From IMG/VR virus record IMGVR_UViG_3300021356_000010, positions 1 to 64,000 of that record: a stretch of DNA of 64,000 nt. The stretch is one strand, 5' to 3'. Shown in pieces: positions 28,901 through 38,900 of the stretch. The stretch comes from a virus. A model generated the notes under the pieces. That model was not told where the DNA came from. It did no database searches and was given only the letters and a program-made list of their open reading frames with translations. The number at the start of each line of letters is the position of its first letter. The stretch's first letter is position 1. Position numbers and translations under genes: made by a program.

Positions 28901-31061
28901 CTCTAATTGTTTCACCAGAAACAAAATTACCAGATAAAGTTTTCACAAAAAGCATGTTGGTCGTAGTATATACTCCATTTGGAGCTCCTTCAACTACACC
29001 ATATGCACCACTAGTCAATCCGAATACATACTTTCCTTCATCAAAAGTTTCAGATTGGATTCTGGAGTCTAGTAAGATTTTTGTAAAGAATGAAGGATCA
29101 AAATAAGAGAATCCAAAAACAGCATTGTAAGCAGCAGTTCCTGCAGATAATCTTCCCTTAGACAGAACAATATCGGCATCAGGATTAAAACCATCTCCTC
29201 TGCTTTGTAGAGAGAAATTACTTGGTTTTACTTTACCAATTACAGGAGTAATGGTATCGCTATAATCAACAACAAATCCTAGTTCGTTGTCTCCTATGGT
29301 AGCATCGGATTGTGAGAGATACAATCTTCTGATATATCCAGGATCTCCATCGTCATACTCTCTTAAAAGTAGATCTACTTCATCTTTGTCTCCAAACACT
29401 GTCAATTCTAAGAATTGAACTGACTCAGCAGAATTGATGAGAGGTCTATTTACGGATGCAAATGATAGAGAAGTTACAGATCCAATAGAAGTAGCAGATC
29501 CTGTGTCATCTCTAGAGGTAACATAATATAGAGTTCCAATTTGACTCTCGAAAGTTCCATCAGTGATCCCTACTAGAGGATTAGTAGCACTAGTTACTTG
29601 AATTGTAATAGTTTTGATTGCATCATTGGAAGAGAAAATTTTGCCTCTTCTAGACAAAGTTTGTCTGTGATCTGTAGATGCTTCTGTATTGCTTAATCCA
29701 ATAGAACCATCATTAAATGTAGAATATAAGAATACATCAGGATATGCTGTAAGATCAGATCCTTCTTTGTTTAGTGGAGTGCTACCATAAACGTTAGTAA
29801 CACTGAACGTTGGAAGTCCTCTAGTCTTTAGAGTTACATTATCGCTAGATAGACTTTCTCTTGCTTTGTTGATCTCAAGATATTTGGTCTCTTTATTGAC
29901 AATTTCATATCCTTTAATATATGCTTTTCCTGGTCCAATGCTAGCGATCATCTTTCTAGATGCTTCACTAGCAGAAATACCATTGTAGAGACCAATGTCA
30001 TCTACTGCATAAATTCCGTTGTTATTATCTTTCTGAGCATACTCTCTGACATCAACAGAGAAATTATCTACAACATAATCTCCGCTTTCATCATACGTTC
30101 TTCTTGCAAGAGTTTGCTCAAGAATGCTATAATTTGTTGGAGTAACCTTTTTCTGAATGACTCCTCTAAGAACAGTGATTAACTGAATAAAGTTTCTATC
30201 AGTGATTGCATTTACAGCAAACTCTTTTAGTGAAAGGTTAATCTTTAGTCTATGAGCTCCAGGTGCTGTATAGTTTGATGATCCAATAGCATTATCGTAG
30301 AGACTTGGATCTTCTTCTGGAGTTACAATTTCTTCGTTAATAACAAAACCAACTTTTGCAGATGGTTTGTCATAATACTCATCAATGATTAAAAGTTCTT
30401 CGTTGTTTCTTACAAAGAATCCATTGACAAAGTAAATACCTTCTTCTACTTTTACAGCAGAAGCATAACCCATTGCTGGACTTTCTAGAGAAGTAACTTC
30501 TCCTGTGTCTGGGTTGGTAACTTGAATACTGGTTGGGAGGACACTACCGTCCGTTCCAACAACCATTAGTGGTGTATTTACACCATCTACTACCTCAATG
30601 GTTTCCCCCTGTCTAAAGGTCTCCTCTGAGTTAGAATTACCACTGTTAAGATAATTTACATACAGAGTGTCTGCTGCCTCTTCTGTAGCAGTATTAGCAT
30701 CAAGGACTGTTGCTAGTACGCCAGAATTTAATCCTCTGATCTGTAGTCCTTTGAGTAAGGTAATATCGTATTTTTTATATACGATATCATTTCCTTCCCC
30801 AACTGCAACTTCAGATACAGAGGATAGTTTTACGTAATCTAATTTTGTATTAAGACCTACTTCTCCAGGGACAACTAATTGTCCCTGCTTGAAGGCGTAT
30901 TTTCCAAAACTTTCAACCTGATTCTGTAGAATCGATTGAAGTTGAGTTAATTCTCTACCTTGAATAGAGTAACCAGGACGAAAAAGAATTTTATAGAAAT
31001 TCTTATTTACGTCAAAGTCATCGTAGTATGGTGATGCATTAAGGTTAGTCTTCTGAGGCAT
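22950..31061 (-). CDS. Large virion structural protein, VrlC/DUF4815-like (2703 aa)
   Basis: MPQKTNLN.SPYYDDF, FRPG..IQ.RELTQLQSILQ, APGAHR, RRYTMRDIG.LE.RI..LEYYT, NPLAQTF. Confidence 0.9.
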   Translation of the reverse strand: MPQKTNLNASPYYDDFDVNKNFYKILFRPGYSIQGRELTQLQSILQNQVESFGKYAFKQGQLVVPGEVGLNTKLDYVKLSSVSEVAVGEGNDIVYKKYDITLLKGLQIRGLNSGVLATVLDANTATEEAADTLYVNYLNSGNSNSEETFRQGETIEVVDGVNTPLMVVGTDGSVLPTSIQVTNPDTGEVTSLESPAMGYASAVKVEEGIYFVNGFFVRNNEELLIIDEYYDKPSAKVGFVINEEIVTPEEDPSLYDNAIGSSNYTAPGAHRLKINLSLKEFAVNAITDRNFIQLITVLRGVIQKKVTPTNYSILEQTLARRTYDESGDYVVDNFSVDVREYAQKDNNNGIYAVDDIGLYNGISASEASRKMIASIGPGKAYIKGYEIVNKETKYLEINKARESLSSDNVTLKTRGLPTFSVTNVYGSTPLNKEGSDLTAYPDVFLYSTFNDGSIGLSNTEASTDHRQTLSRRGKIFSSNDAIKTITIQVTSATNPLVGITDGTFESQIGTLYYVTSRDDTGSATSIGSVTSLSFASVNRPLINSAESVQFLELTVFGDKDEVDLLLREYDDGDPGYIRRLYLSQSDATIGDNELGFVVDYSDTITPVIGKVKPSNFSLQSRGDGFNPDADIVLSKGRLSAGTAAYNAVFGFSYFDPSFFTKILLDSRIQSETFDEGKYVFGLTSGAYGVVEGAPNGVYTTTNMLFVKTLSGNFVSGETIRDEAGNTLKIATNNTISHFVVQNRGLGYSSLSTLLINGVEYDSSKIQLSIAGEDATGKIYKVEIKDRNSVNIEYAQPPAVTALQAEGVAQPQTAAAIVPVLVRNAVTTYTPQNVKSIGCQYGSGNANTFTADLVVDSQTYSEIKSVTDFTFFGSKGYKFIESTSFSADASGVLQQGDLVQFSDVDNNLVRAVVQYATEQSGPSKTRVYLDIALPGDVTNTSIVRLRPKVQNPNAGTLVFPTGSKQVEQISAGGDDTKIKYYFRRDFVTTASSGGGTITFAAQLPFGTQRFVAFNEDNYIITVLDPGDAPDLTVGDIVYVPTDSVEITSATDTASGLTSGSISLQLPSTYFGTIPTNGTFPKLKLSSTIEVTNAKPRLKTSVENKRIVISASGDRVIPFRGTDYDSEVVEILTYSDAYKLNFVYEGTASQAPTIDSAGNLISGTDVTDRFTFDNGQRDTILDVSRIVLKPGFEATSGQLVISFDYFEHSQGDFCTIDSYLHEAGVTEDEIPGFNSAVHGNLELKNVIDFRPKVDSNAIIPGFQDQSSLSVTTGQFSGPGSVIASTPAPDKNLEYTFSFSQIQYLDRIDGVFLNKKGEFIVKEGNSSLNPTKPDPIEDAIPLFYAYIPAYTSSSKNVRITPVDNRRYTMRDIGKLEKRIERLEYYTTLSILEQQALNMQVKDSIGLDRFKSGFLVDNFEEHRVGNISSADYLCSIDSQQSVLRPQSKEDSLALREVNTREDQRTVAGYQKTGNVVTLPYTSLSLLGNNFASKTLNPNPFVVIQYVGDASINPSIDQWYDDTVEPLIVNTNTSLYNIFIAKENIRDSFSSLFNSFAINWVGTSSSFTSIVSLGEINTLEANATVSMASIGSSSNVNPQNNEVAKGVQSKTVGNSIVSDSLQFFARSIPVRFVLRRLKPNTKVSVFLEGRNIDRWVNPDFRFTGTATNSLSAFNGDIVTDENGNASGLILVPAGHPPRENSTWTGDVATVDYDSSFEEVRVTAGVKTIRFTSSATDENKNNVDTYAEVKFYATGVLPQNPSGIVSTKPAYFKANEGVQIVDNNTENPIRPNPLAQTFKVENYDGGLFVTGIDLFFNKKSSNIPVKVYLTDVEGDKPGKNIVPGTEKTLTPDTYLKIFTTGTVTVDVGESVIGSSSAASGPIKKIIDKNGVELIPSSTGKIAITNEQVYTLVLSNHNGRSFQQNENLTIGSVTTANNTNGTNFTVSIAKDSGKVSNIKITNPGANYDSAILTIESPQIPGGSVATARIDVSDGKIYNAEVVLNGFGYTEPPAVVIKGIGNGAGGCQVETFIDIDTPAVRMGVAIDDVEVSGAIESSTPTYFAFDNPIYLQNDTEYALAVETDSVDYAIWASRLGETDVATNTIITTQPSLGSVYRSQNIDTWTEDIFEDIKFTLYRAEFSITRPAELVLTNEKLGYEKLDINPFKTDASSNTNATSLLFGNNNSIVKVAHRDNGFEDRGNSYVFYRGAQETAGITAETLNSVLFQVDNSGIDTYTIRSTNQSAGNAVGGGSDVFATYNRKFETLYPQVHYLSFTGTTLESTVKTTNVVPVDSTTTNYTSYSQTDYEKTFLNEPHYFTNQKMVTSEINETLNSLDTSLEYKLSLSSTVSYLSPLVDLSSCSVKTISNRIENGSGTEDRYGRRNQVVSFYPIYSFTLTGNQNTEIQSNQTIKGKTSKAAGTIAKIDGSTVFVRIKTSQIFEKGEEVDLGNQLSLSGVTVDSALTQIITSINDASVIVARNPSIILETYENIITGRAVIWNNKTQELTVRNDARPINDDYNGRIIDNVLFNRNAVVNAQVADIFRVGDFVKYPDQPDDEASFLEISTVSYTNGVEFVAENTSKNSSSVAKYVTKEVSISSPATTIDVRLTANLKDVSNVAVLYKFKKASSQENFDDIDWQYFNVDGSPDTLEIANPENTISSIVEKQSSYQELAFSVSDLPEFSSFAVKVVMKGVDPAFVPKIQDIRVVASF

Positions 31062-31097
31062 TGTACTCCGCCGATAATACTAATATTCTCGTAGAAG

Positions 31098-31104
31098 TAT
31101 TTAG
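31098..31104 (-). promoter_or_regulatory. Late promoter variant CTAAATA
   Basis: Intergenic, upstream of the 31061 start. Confidence 0.55.
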
Positions 31105-31119
31105 CGAAGTTTCTAGGAA

Positions 31120-32931
31120 TCAGAACTCGATAACTAGTTTGATATCTTCAATCTGGTCTTGAGCACGGGTGATAAGACGACGGTTCTCGACGTAAATTAC
31201 CTCACCAGAGTTGTTCTCGATTTCTGGAGCAGCAAGACCAGATGCGAAGGTCTTACCTAGTAGAGAACCAGCATATCCTGTATCAACAGTTCCAGAAGCA
31301 GCAGATAGTCCGCCGCTAACTGCGTTTGCACCATTGCTCTCGAATGCACGAACAACACCTTGATCGGTATGTGCCTTTGTTGTTTGGAGATACTTGAGAA
31401 CACCATCAGTGGTAGAACCCTGATCTAGTGTCCAGGAAACGACAGTACCGTATGCAGTACCACCAGTTACAGTCTGGGTAATGGTCTCATCAGGGATATA
31501 GTCCGCAGTTGCTCCACTGATCTTAATTGCCTTGAGACCAGAAAGAGTATCTGCAGTAGCAAAATCAGTAGTGCCCCATAGTTGTGGATCCTTGATAATA
31601 CCAATTCTACGGAAGTCGTTATCAACAGGGAAGTCTCCTTGACCTTCCGCAAACTCGATGCGAATGTTGGTCATGACACGCTTACCATTCAACTCTTGCT
31701 CATGGTTCGATGCGTGTCCTCCTTGTGGAGGTAGAATTGCTTCTAGAGCACCAACAGCGTTAGCAGCAGTTGCAACTGCTGAAGATAGACCAGCATCAGA
31801 GAAGAGGTTACCGTTGCCGAGGAGAACGTTAGCATAAGTGTAACCTGATCCTCTTGCTTCGATTCTTGCAGCAGTGATAGTACCAGAACCATCAGTGTCG
31901 AAAGCAACTACTCCACCAGCACCGTCTCCTTTGATGGAGGTGTATAATGTCTGTGAAGCAGGAAGGTTTGTACCAGCATTCTCAACTAGAACAACATCAA
32001 CAGCACCATCAACAGCAAGTGCAGTCGCTTCTTGTCTTGAGGTGTTAGATGCTAGAACGATTGGAAGGAAATCTGATGAGAGGAATCTTACAGCATCATC
32101 GATTTCTAGTTTGTACATGAACTTCCAGATGTATCCAGCACCAGTAGTTTCAGTGTATAAACCAGTAGCAGCGTTATAGTTTGCTCCACCTCTTGATGGT
32201 TCCTCAGTAGCGTTTTGACCAGCTGGGTTTGCTGGGTTTTCGCCGTTGTAGAGGCACTTGAATACTTCGTAAGTTCCGTTCATTACGTAGAACTTAGCAT
32301 CAGCAATGCTATTTGCACCCGTTGCAGTTTGCTTACCAACTTGACCACCGCCACCAGGGGTAGCAGAGTAGTCAGGTTTCCACATGTCAAACTTAGGGTT
32401 CGTTACGACATCCCAGTTGTAACGACGAATTACTGTTCTGGCATAAGCGGTAGTAATTCTCTTAGCGGCAATAATTTCGTCGTAAAGACCAAACTTCTCG
32501 TCCTGGTTGTCTAGTGGAAGAGGGGGAATGTCCTCTGTTGCGTAGCGATAGACTCCAGTAACAGCAGTAGCACTGGTAGTAGTAGAACCACCATCTGCAG
32601 TTTCGAGAAGAGTGCTGCCTAGTGGAGGAACAGAACTGATTCCGTTTGCTCCAAAAATACTCGATAGAAGGAGGGCACCGTCATAAACAGCAGCAACCGT
32701 AGCACGGAATGCTGTTGATCCATACGTTCCAACAAAGACCTCATTGCCAACAGTAAAGTTGGTTGAAGACTTCGTATGGACCTCTAGGTATGCGGACCAT
32801 TCTTGAGGGCGTCCTACGAAGAAGTACATTCTTGAACGCTCGGCGCTAGTATCGGTAGCACCCTCAGAAAGCGACTCTAGGAATTGAGACGCATTAAAAA
32901 TTCTAAACTTATCAGAGATAATAGCAGCCAT
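31120..32931 (-). CDS. gp8: Baseplate wedge subunit
   Basis: MAAIISDKFRI.NA..F, FYVMN..Y.VFKCL.N, GYIWKFMY, NDFRRIGII.DP, C-terminal Q.EDIKLVIEF. Confidence 0.92.
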   Translation of the reverse strand: MAAIISDKFRIFNASQFLESLSEGATDTSAERSRMYFFVGRPQEWSAYLEVHTKSSTNFTVGNEVFVGTYGSTAFRATVAAVYDGALLLSSIFGANGISSVPPLGSTLLETADGGSTTTSATAVTGVYRYATEDIPPLPLDNQDEKFGLYDEIIAAKRITTAYARTVIRRYNWDVVTNPKFDMWKPDYSATPGGGGQVGKQTATGANSIADAKFYVMNGTYEVFKCLYNGENPANPAGQNATEEPSRGGANYNAATGLYTETTGAGYIWKFMYKLEIDDAVRFLSSDFLPIVLASNTSRQEATALAVDGAVDVVLVENAGTNLPASQTLYTSIKGDGAGGVVAFDTDGSGTITAARIEARGSGYTYANVLLGNGNLFSDAGLSSAVATAANAVGALEAILPPQGGHASNHEQELNGKRVMTNIRIEFAEGQGDFPVDNDFRRIGIIKDPQLWGTTDFATADTLSGLKAIKISGATADYIPDETITQTVTGGTAYGTVVSWTLDQGSTTDGVLKYLQTTKAHTDQGVVRAFESNGANAVSGGLSAASGTVDTGYAGSLLGKTFASGLAAPEIENNSGEVIYVENRRLITRAQDQIEDIKLVIEF

Positions 32932-32965
32932 TGGTTTTCTGTTCCGACGTAATTTGTGCCTGAGT

Positions 32966-32973
32966 TATTTATA
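32966..32973 (-). promoter_or_regulatory. T4-type late promoter TATAAATA
   Basis: Exact consensus upstream of gp8. Confidence 0.8.
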
Positions 32974-32986
32974 TTTATGCAGTTAT

Positions 32987-35900
32987 TTAGGAAATTGAGA
33001 AGGGGATCAACTCATCAAGACGATTAATGCTGTTTATTCCACTATAAAGAGTACAACCAGTGAATGAGTTCGCAGTTGTACCAGTATATTGAATAACTGC
33101 TCCAGTGCTAGTAAATAAGTATCCTTCACTTGGGAAGTATGTAGTTGATCCAAGAACATTAATTGTAGATGGTATCAATCCCTGAGTGTCAGATATAGCA
33201 ACTGGATTTTGAATTGATGCGGTAGCAAGATTGAAGTAATCGCCTGCTAGAGTGTAACTAGAATTCGCACGCTCCACAAAATCGTTAATTGTCAAGTTTG
33301 GATAGTAGAATTCAATATCTAGTAGTGACAATCCAGAAACATCACATACACCATCATCTAGAATTTGATCGAAGTTTTTCAAAGTTGGACCAGCATTTCC
33401 AGTTGTGTATTGTCCGACATACTCTGTCGAAGCTCCAGATGCATTAGTAATAGCAACGATGTTGCCATTTCTTTGTGTAACAGTATATGGTTCAGGAATA
33501 TCAATGAATCCAGCTCTTGTTAAGATTGGATCACTGAATATTACAGATTCCTCATATCCGTCAATCACACCAGATGGTGGAGTGAATAGAAGTACTTCTA
33601 GAGTTTCTTTTCTCAACTGAGAATTTGACTGTACCGATAGTACAGAGTTAGAAACTTGTGTAGAAGATGATGATAGGAAGTTAGTTTGATCAGCAGTAAT
33701 TTCAAGTGAAACTACTCTCTCACCAGGAGGAATGACTACGCTAGTGATAGAATCTACGAATGCTGAAATTTCTACTCCAACTACAGTTACGGTAGAAGTA
33801 TTTTCAATTGTTACATCGGGAGTAATTACTTGAATACCAGTAACTCTCTCAGTTGTTCTTACATCCGATGCTATTCTCATAGTAACAACTTGAGAATCAG
33901 ATTCAATTCTGGTGACGCCACCGTATGCTACAGATACTGGATCTGGAATCTGTAATACAAATGTTCCTGCTGGATGTAACTGTGCAGTTGTTCCCTCTTG
34001 TCCTCTCTGGACATTCAAGAATCTTCCAAAACCTTTACGGTAGTATCTAACTACTTCCGTTCCAATCTGTAAGTATCCATTAGAACTAAACTTAGTAACA
34101 TCGGGAACAAATACAATATTGTCGGTTGGATCCAAATCAATAGACAAGAATGCACCAACAGAATGGTAATGACCAGCATTAATATCAGTATTGTCAATCT
34201 GGTTAGTTACTATAGAAGTGACTTCTCTAGAAGAAATCAGAGAAGAAGTAGAAATAATATCATCAACACGACCAGATATAATAGATACGTATTCATTTGG
34301 TGCTGTTGATGCCGTAACAGTAACGATTGTACCTACACCACCCGAGAGGGTTGTAATGCTATTAACACCAGCAGTGAGACCAGTTCCAACGTTCTCTTCC
34401 AAATAAATCTCACATTCAATTACTCTATCAAGATCTCTAGGACTCTCAAAGAGAATTGTAGTAAATGATTCTACACCAGGAACTTGGTTTCCAAGTTCAG
34501 TAATCGTCGAAGATGACGACATAATAAATGCAGGTAGAGTCGAATTGATTCCACCATTGATAGTAGAAACACCAAATCCTCTTCCTTGCAAGATCTCATA
34601 TCTTCTTGCAACAACAACTCTTGGTGCTTCTGTGTATCCAGATCCACCCTCAAGCAGATCAACACTGATAACTTGACCTTTACTTACAAGAACTACTGCT
34701 TTAGCGCCGCCACCATTTCCATTTTTTGGAATGAAATGTAATACTGGTGGTGTATAATATTGATATGCAGTTGGTTGAGTCAAAGGATCATAACTACGTT
34801 GATTCCACTCAAGACTTACAACTGATCCGTTTTCAATCTTGGCGACAATACTCAGTCCTTCGCCTCTAGTTACACCATTATATGCTTCGACTTGAGCGAT
34901 ACCAAAATTGGAACCAGAGACATATCCTTGATTTCTATGTTCTTTAGAGGTTGTTGTTTCTGGTGCTTTCTTAACTCTTCTAAAGTCACTCTCACCCTCA
35001 ATTCTTACATAGTCCTCATCTGACAGAGAAACAAAAGGATCTCTATAATACTTACCAATAAATGTTCCACGCCAAGCGTTTTCTGATACTGGATATGCTA
35101 GTTTGAGTCTTCCGTCCTCATCAGTAACATAAGATATGCTGGATCCAGAAGAATTCAATCCAATAATTCTATTATTAGAATAATCTCCTTTAATTCCTAC
35201 AACAACATCAACACCTTGAATCAAATCACATTTCTGACCTTCAAGAGTAAAGGTTAATATGTTGGAAGATTGTGATGGATTTGTAAGTTGTCCGATAACA
35301 TTGAAAGATCCATTAGGATTGACTTGCCATGCATGGAAAGATTCGGAAGAATTCAAACCAATCCAGTTCAACAATTCAGTTGCTCCAGAAGCAACATCAA
35401 ATGTTACTGTACCTTGTGCATAGAAAGTATCTTGATTAAAATCGTGGAAATTGATAATTTGATCTAAATCTCTTCCATAGAGATATCTCATATCAATTTT
35501 GGTATCCTTCTTAATTGGAACGTTGAAAGAGATTGTAGATCCTGCTACACTATAAGAATATTCTCTTCTCTGTAAAACTCCATCTAAGAATACAAACAAG
35601 TAATCTTGCTGTTCAATTTCTTGTGATGTGTTATCTTCAACGTCAAGAATTAAGAAAGGACCACCTCTAACTTCATCTACTAGTGCATAATCAATAGTTA
35701 ATCTCTTGTAGTTTCCTACTCCAACACCAGCGACTAGCTCTACTGCTGTTGGTTCTCCAATGCTCTTAGCACTAAAGTCTTGATCCCAAATAGGAGCAAC
35801 ATCAAATACTAATTTGTTTGGAATAGTTGTTCTATCAATATAGTATGCATCAGAAAGAGGATACGATTCTGTATATTTTGGTCTCTGTAAGACAGCATTC

Positions 35901-38900
35901 AGTGTTAGGAATAGATCTTCGTCCTCTTCAGTATTGACCTCTGTGTCGTCATCCCAATACATATCAAAAGTAGTGGTCTCTCCATCTAAGAAGTCTGGAG
36001 TAGATCTAGTAACACTGGTGCCATTAAGAATATCACTTACATTGTTAAACAACGAATCTACAGATGAAATAACATCGTTGCACTCTTGTGCTGTCAATAG
36101 AGGATCAGGAATTATGTTATAATTAGAATATGTTAAGGTTCTACTCCAGTTTCCAGCATAATTCGAATTGATGTTGGTTTTCTCTATTAAACCTTTACCT
36201 TCATTCAATATAGTATTGATTATGCTGTAGAAATTATTCAAAGAACTTTCTACCTGAGCACAATATGGGAAAGAAGTATCTGTTGCTACAGTACTATCTG
36301 TGAATGGGGGAATAGAAGTATATGTTCCTATTCCTAAATTATTTCTCATGGCATCAACCATAAGAACTTTCAATTCATTATATGCACCAGCAAATTCTGC
36401 AGGACTTACACCTGCTTTCAACTGCTCTGGATATGGATAAAGATTTCTTTCATAGTATAGTTGTGCAAAATCAACTATCTTAAAGTTGCCACCAAGTCTC
36501 AAATGATAAACAGTAGCATCAACATAAGTATCAATATCTTTTACTAAATCTGTCCAAGTAACATTAGGATATTGTGCAGCAAACCATCCAGCAATTTCTT
36601 CCTTGAAATATTCTTTATTGCCAGCAATTAAATCCGACGCATCCCAGAACGTTCCATTGTTAATACCACTGAAGTAGAAAGTTGCACTATCAGAAGCAGA
36701 GAATGAAATAGGTGCTTGTAAAACATCACCAGGATCTACAGCATACTGATTTCCAGGTTGAACTGCACCTGTGCTCGTAGGAATAATATAATCACTACCT
36801 CCTGTTGATCCATTCAGATCAGTGACACCCGCTGCAGCACCGCCGCCTCCACCAGAGTTTGCTAGAGCAGCATTGTTTAAAGTGACTTGTGTATCACTAT
36901 CAATAGAAACAATTTTAGTTCCAGATGCGAATGCAGTACCAGAACTAATAAACATTCCAATAGCTAGATTATTAGTATTGGCAACTGTTACCTGTCTAGA
37001 TCCTTGAATATATGCAACATTCTCTTCTACAATATCCCAGTTTCTAACTGCTAATTTAGCGAGGTTAGTAGCATACTTGAATATATCTAAAGACTCAGTT
37101 TTATTAGTTGTGATATAATTGTAATCATCATCTGAATTGAATATTGAGAGATAATCTACAGTTTTAATGTTTCCACCAAAACGTACATCGTGTTCATATG
37201 CATCAATAATAAATCCAACATCTTCTAGATAATCATCAATCTTAGTGCTCCAATCTAAATTTGGATGCTTCTCTCTACCATATCCTACTGCTTCCTCAAC
37301 AATAAATTCTCTATTTCTTTCAATTTGATTTGCAGCATCTAACCATCTTCCATTTCTCTGGAAAATATTTCTCAGTTTCTTGAAATACTGGTTGTTATAT
37401 TGATTATCTTTGAACTCAATATATCTTCCATAGAATACTGTACCATCATAAGAAGTTAGATCTGTAAGATTAGTTCCAGTCAATTTAGATGATGGACCCA
37501 AAGGTGCTTGGGAGAAAACAATCTTATCACCTGACACTGTATAAGAAACTTCTGGTTCTTGCAGAATACCATTCAACGTGATAATAAGATTCTTTGCACT
37601 GACTGGGGTAAAGGGATTACCTTGATCATCTAGGAGTTGGAAAATCTTTTGTCCAACATTCTCTGCACCACCAGTGTAACCAGTTGTTGCATCAACACCA
37701 TTGACTCCATTGAAAGGATCGGCAAGAGTAACCTCAAATGCTCTTGTTTCAGAAAAATTAAATTCTGATGCATGAGCAGTACCAACTCCTTTGATTTCTT
37801 TAGTGCTCTTCGAACTGGTTACAGTCTGAGTTACAATTCTTCTGGTGCTCTCTACACTAATCTTGTTCTTTTCTGGATCCCAAAGTTGAATAATAGTAAA
37901 ATTGTCAGACTTTGGAGACTGCGCTGGCATTCTAATTTCAGCGTCAGATTCGATATCAACCTGACCAAACAACTTGAATCCAGCTGGATGAGTTGTAGAT
38001 TTAATCAAGTCTCTCCATTGATCAATTGGAGTTTTTGATTTTACAACATATGAATAGTCTTGATAGAAGAAACTGTCAGTTAGTTTTTGATTAGCAACAC
38101 CAAGTTTTCCTCTATCAGACTGATAAGATCCAATGTTATCGTAGAATGATGCAATCTCTTCTGTAAGAGAAGTTACATATACTGTTCTAACCATTCCAGA
38201 AGAATTGGAAATTTTTCCTACAATAGAAACGGAATTTCTTATACTTCCTACAACATCATCTAATTTGAGTAAATTAGATCCAGATCTCCATTCAGCAACT
38301 TTGGCACGGAATACTTCAATACCATTAATAGACTGAGATACCTTCTCACCTTTTAAGAAATTGCCACTAAAATCTTTCAGAGAAATTACATACTTTGTTG
38401 TAAAGGTAGAAGATACAGTCTTGTCTAAATGATATGCTCCACCATTTCTGAAGATGTTGATACTTTGTGGAGTTCCAATAGTATTACTATCAACATATGC
38501 TTCTACATCAGATTCAATGATTTGAATTGTTGGAGCATAAGTATATCCTCTTCCAGGATTATCTACAGTAATAGAGAAGATCTCTCCATTTCTTGCAACA
38601 ACATTGAATGTTGCATCAAAACCATCTCCATCAATGATGACAACTTTTGGATTTACATAATTAGATCCTTTTTTGTCAATATCGACACCAGTTATTGTTT
38701 GTGTAGCAGTATCAAATAATACTGTTGCTTCAGCAATAAAAGTAGAACTAAGATCGCATCCCAAAATAACAGGGACCTTCTTATAGTTTAAACCCAAATT
38801 AGAAACATTAATAGAATTAATCTCACCAACAGCAAATTGTCCAGATGTGGTGTATGTAATAGTTCCAGATCCATCCCAAAGTGGAATAGATGTCAAGTCA

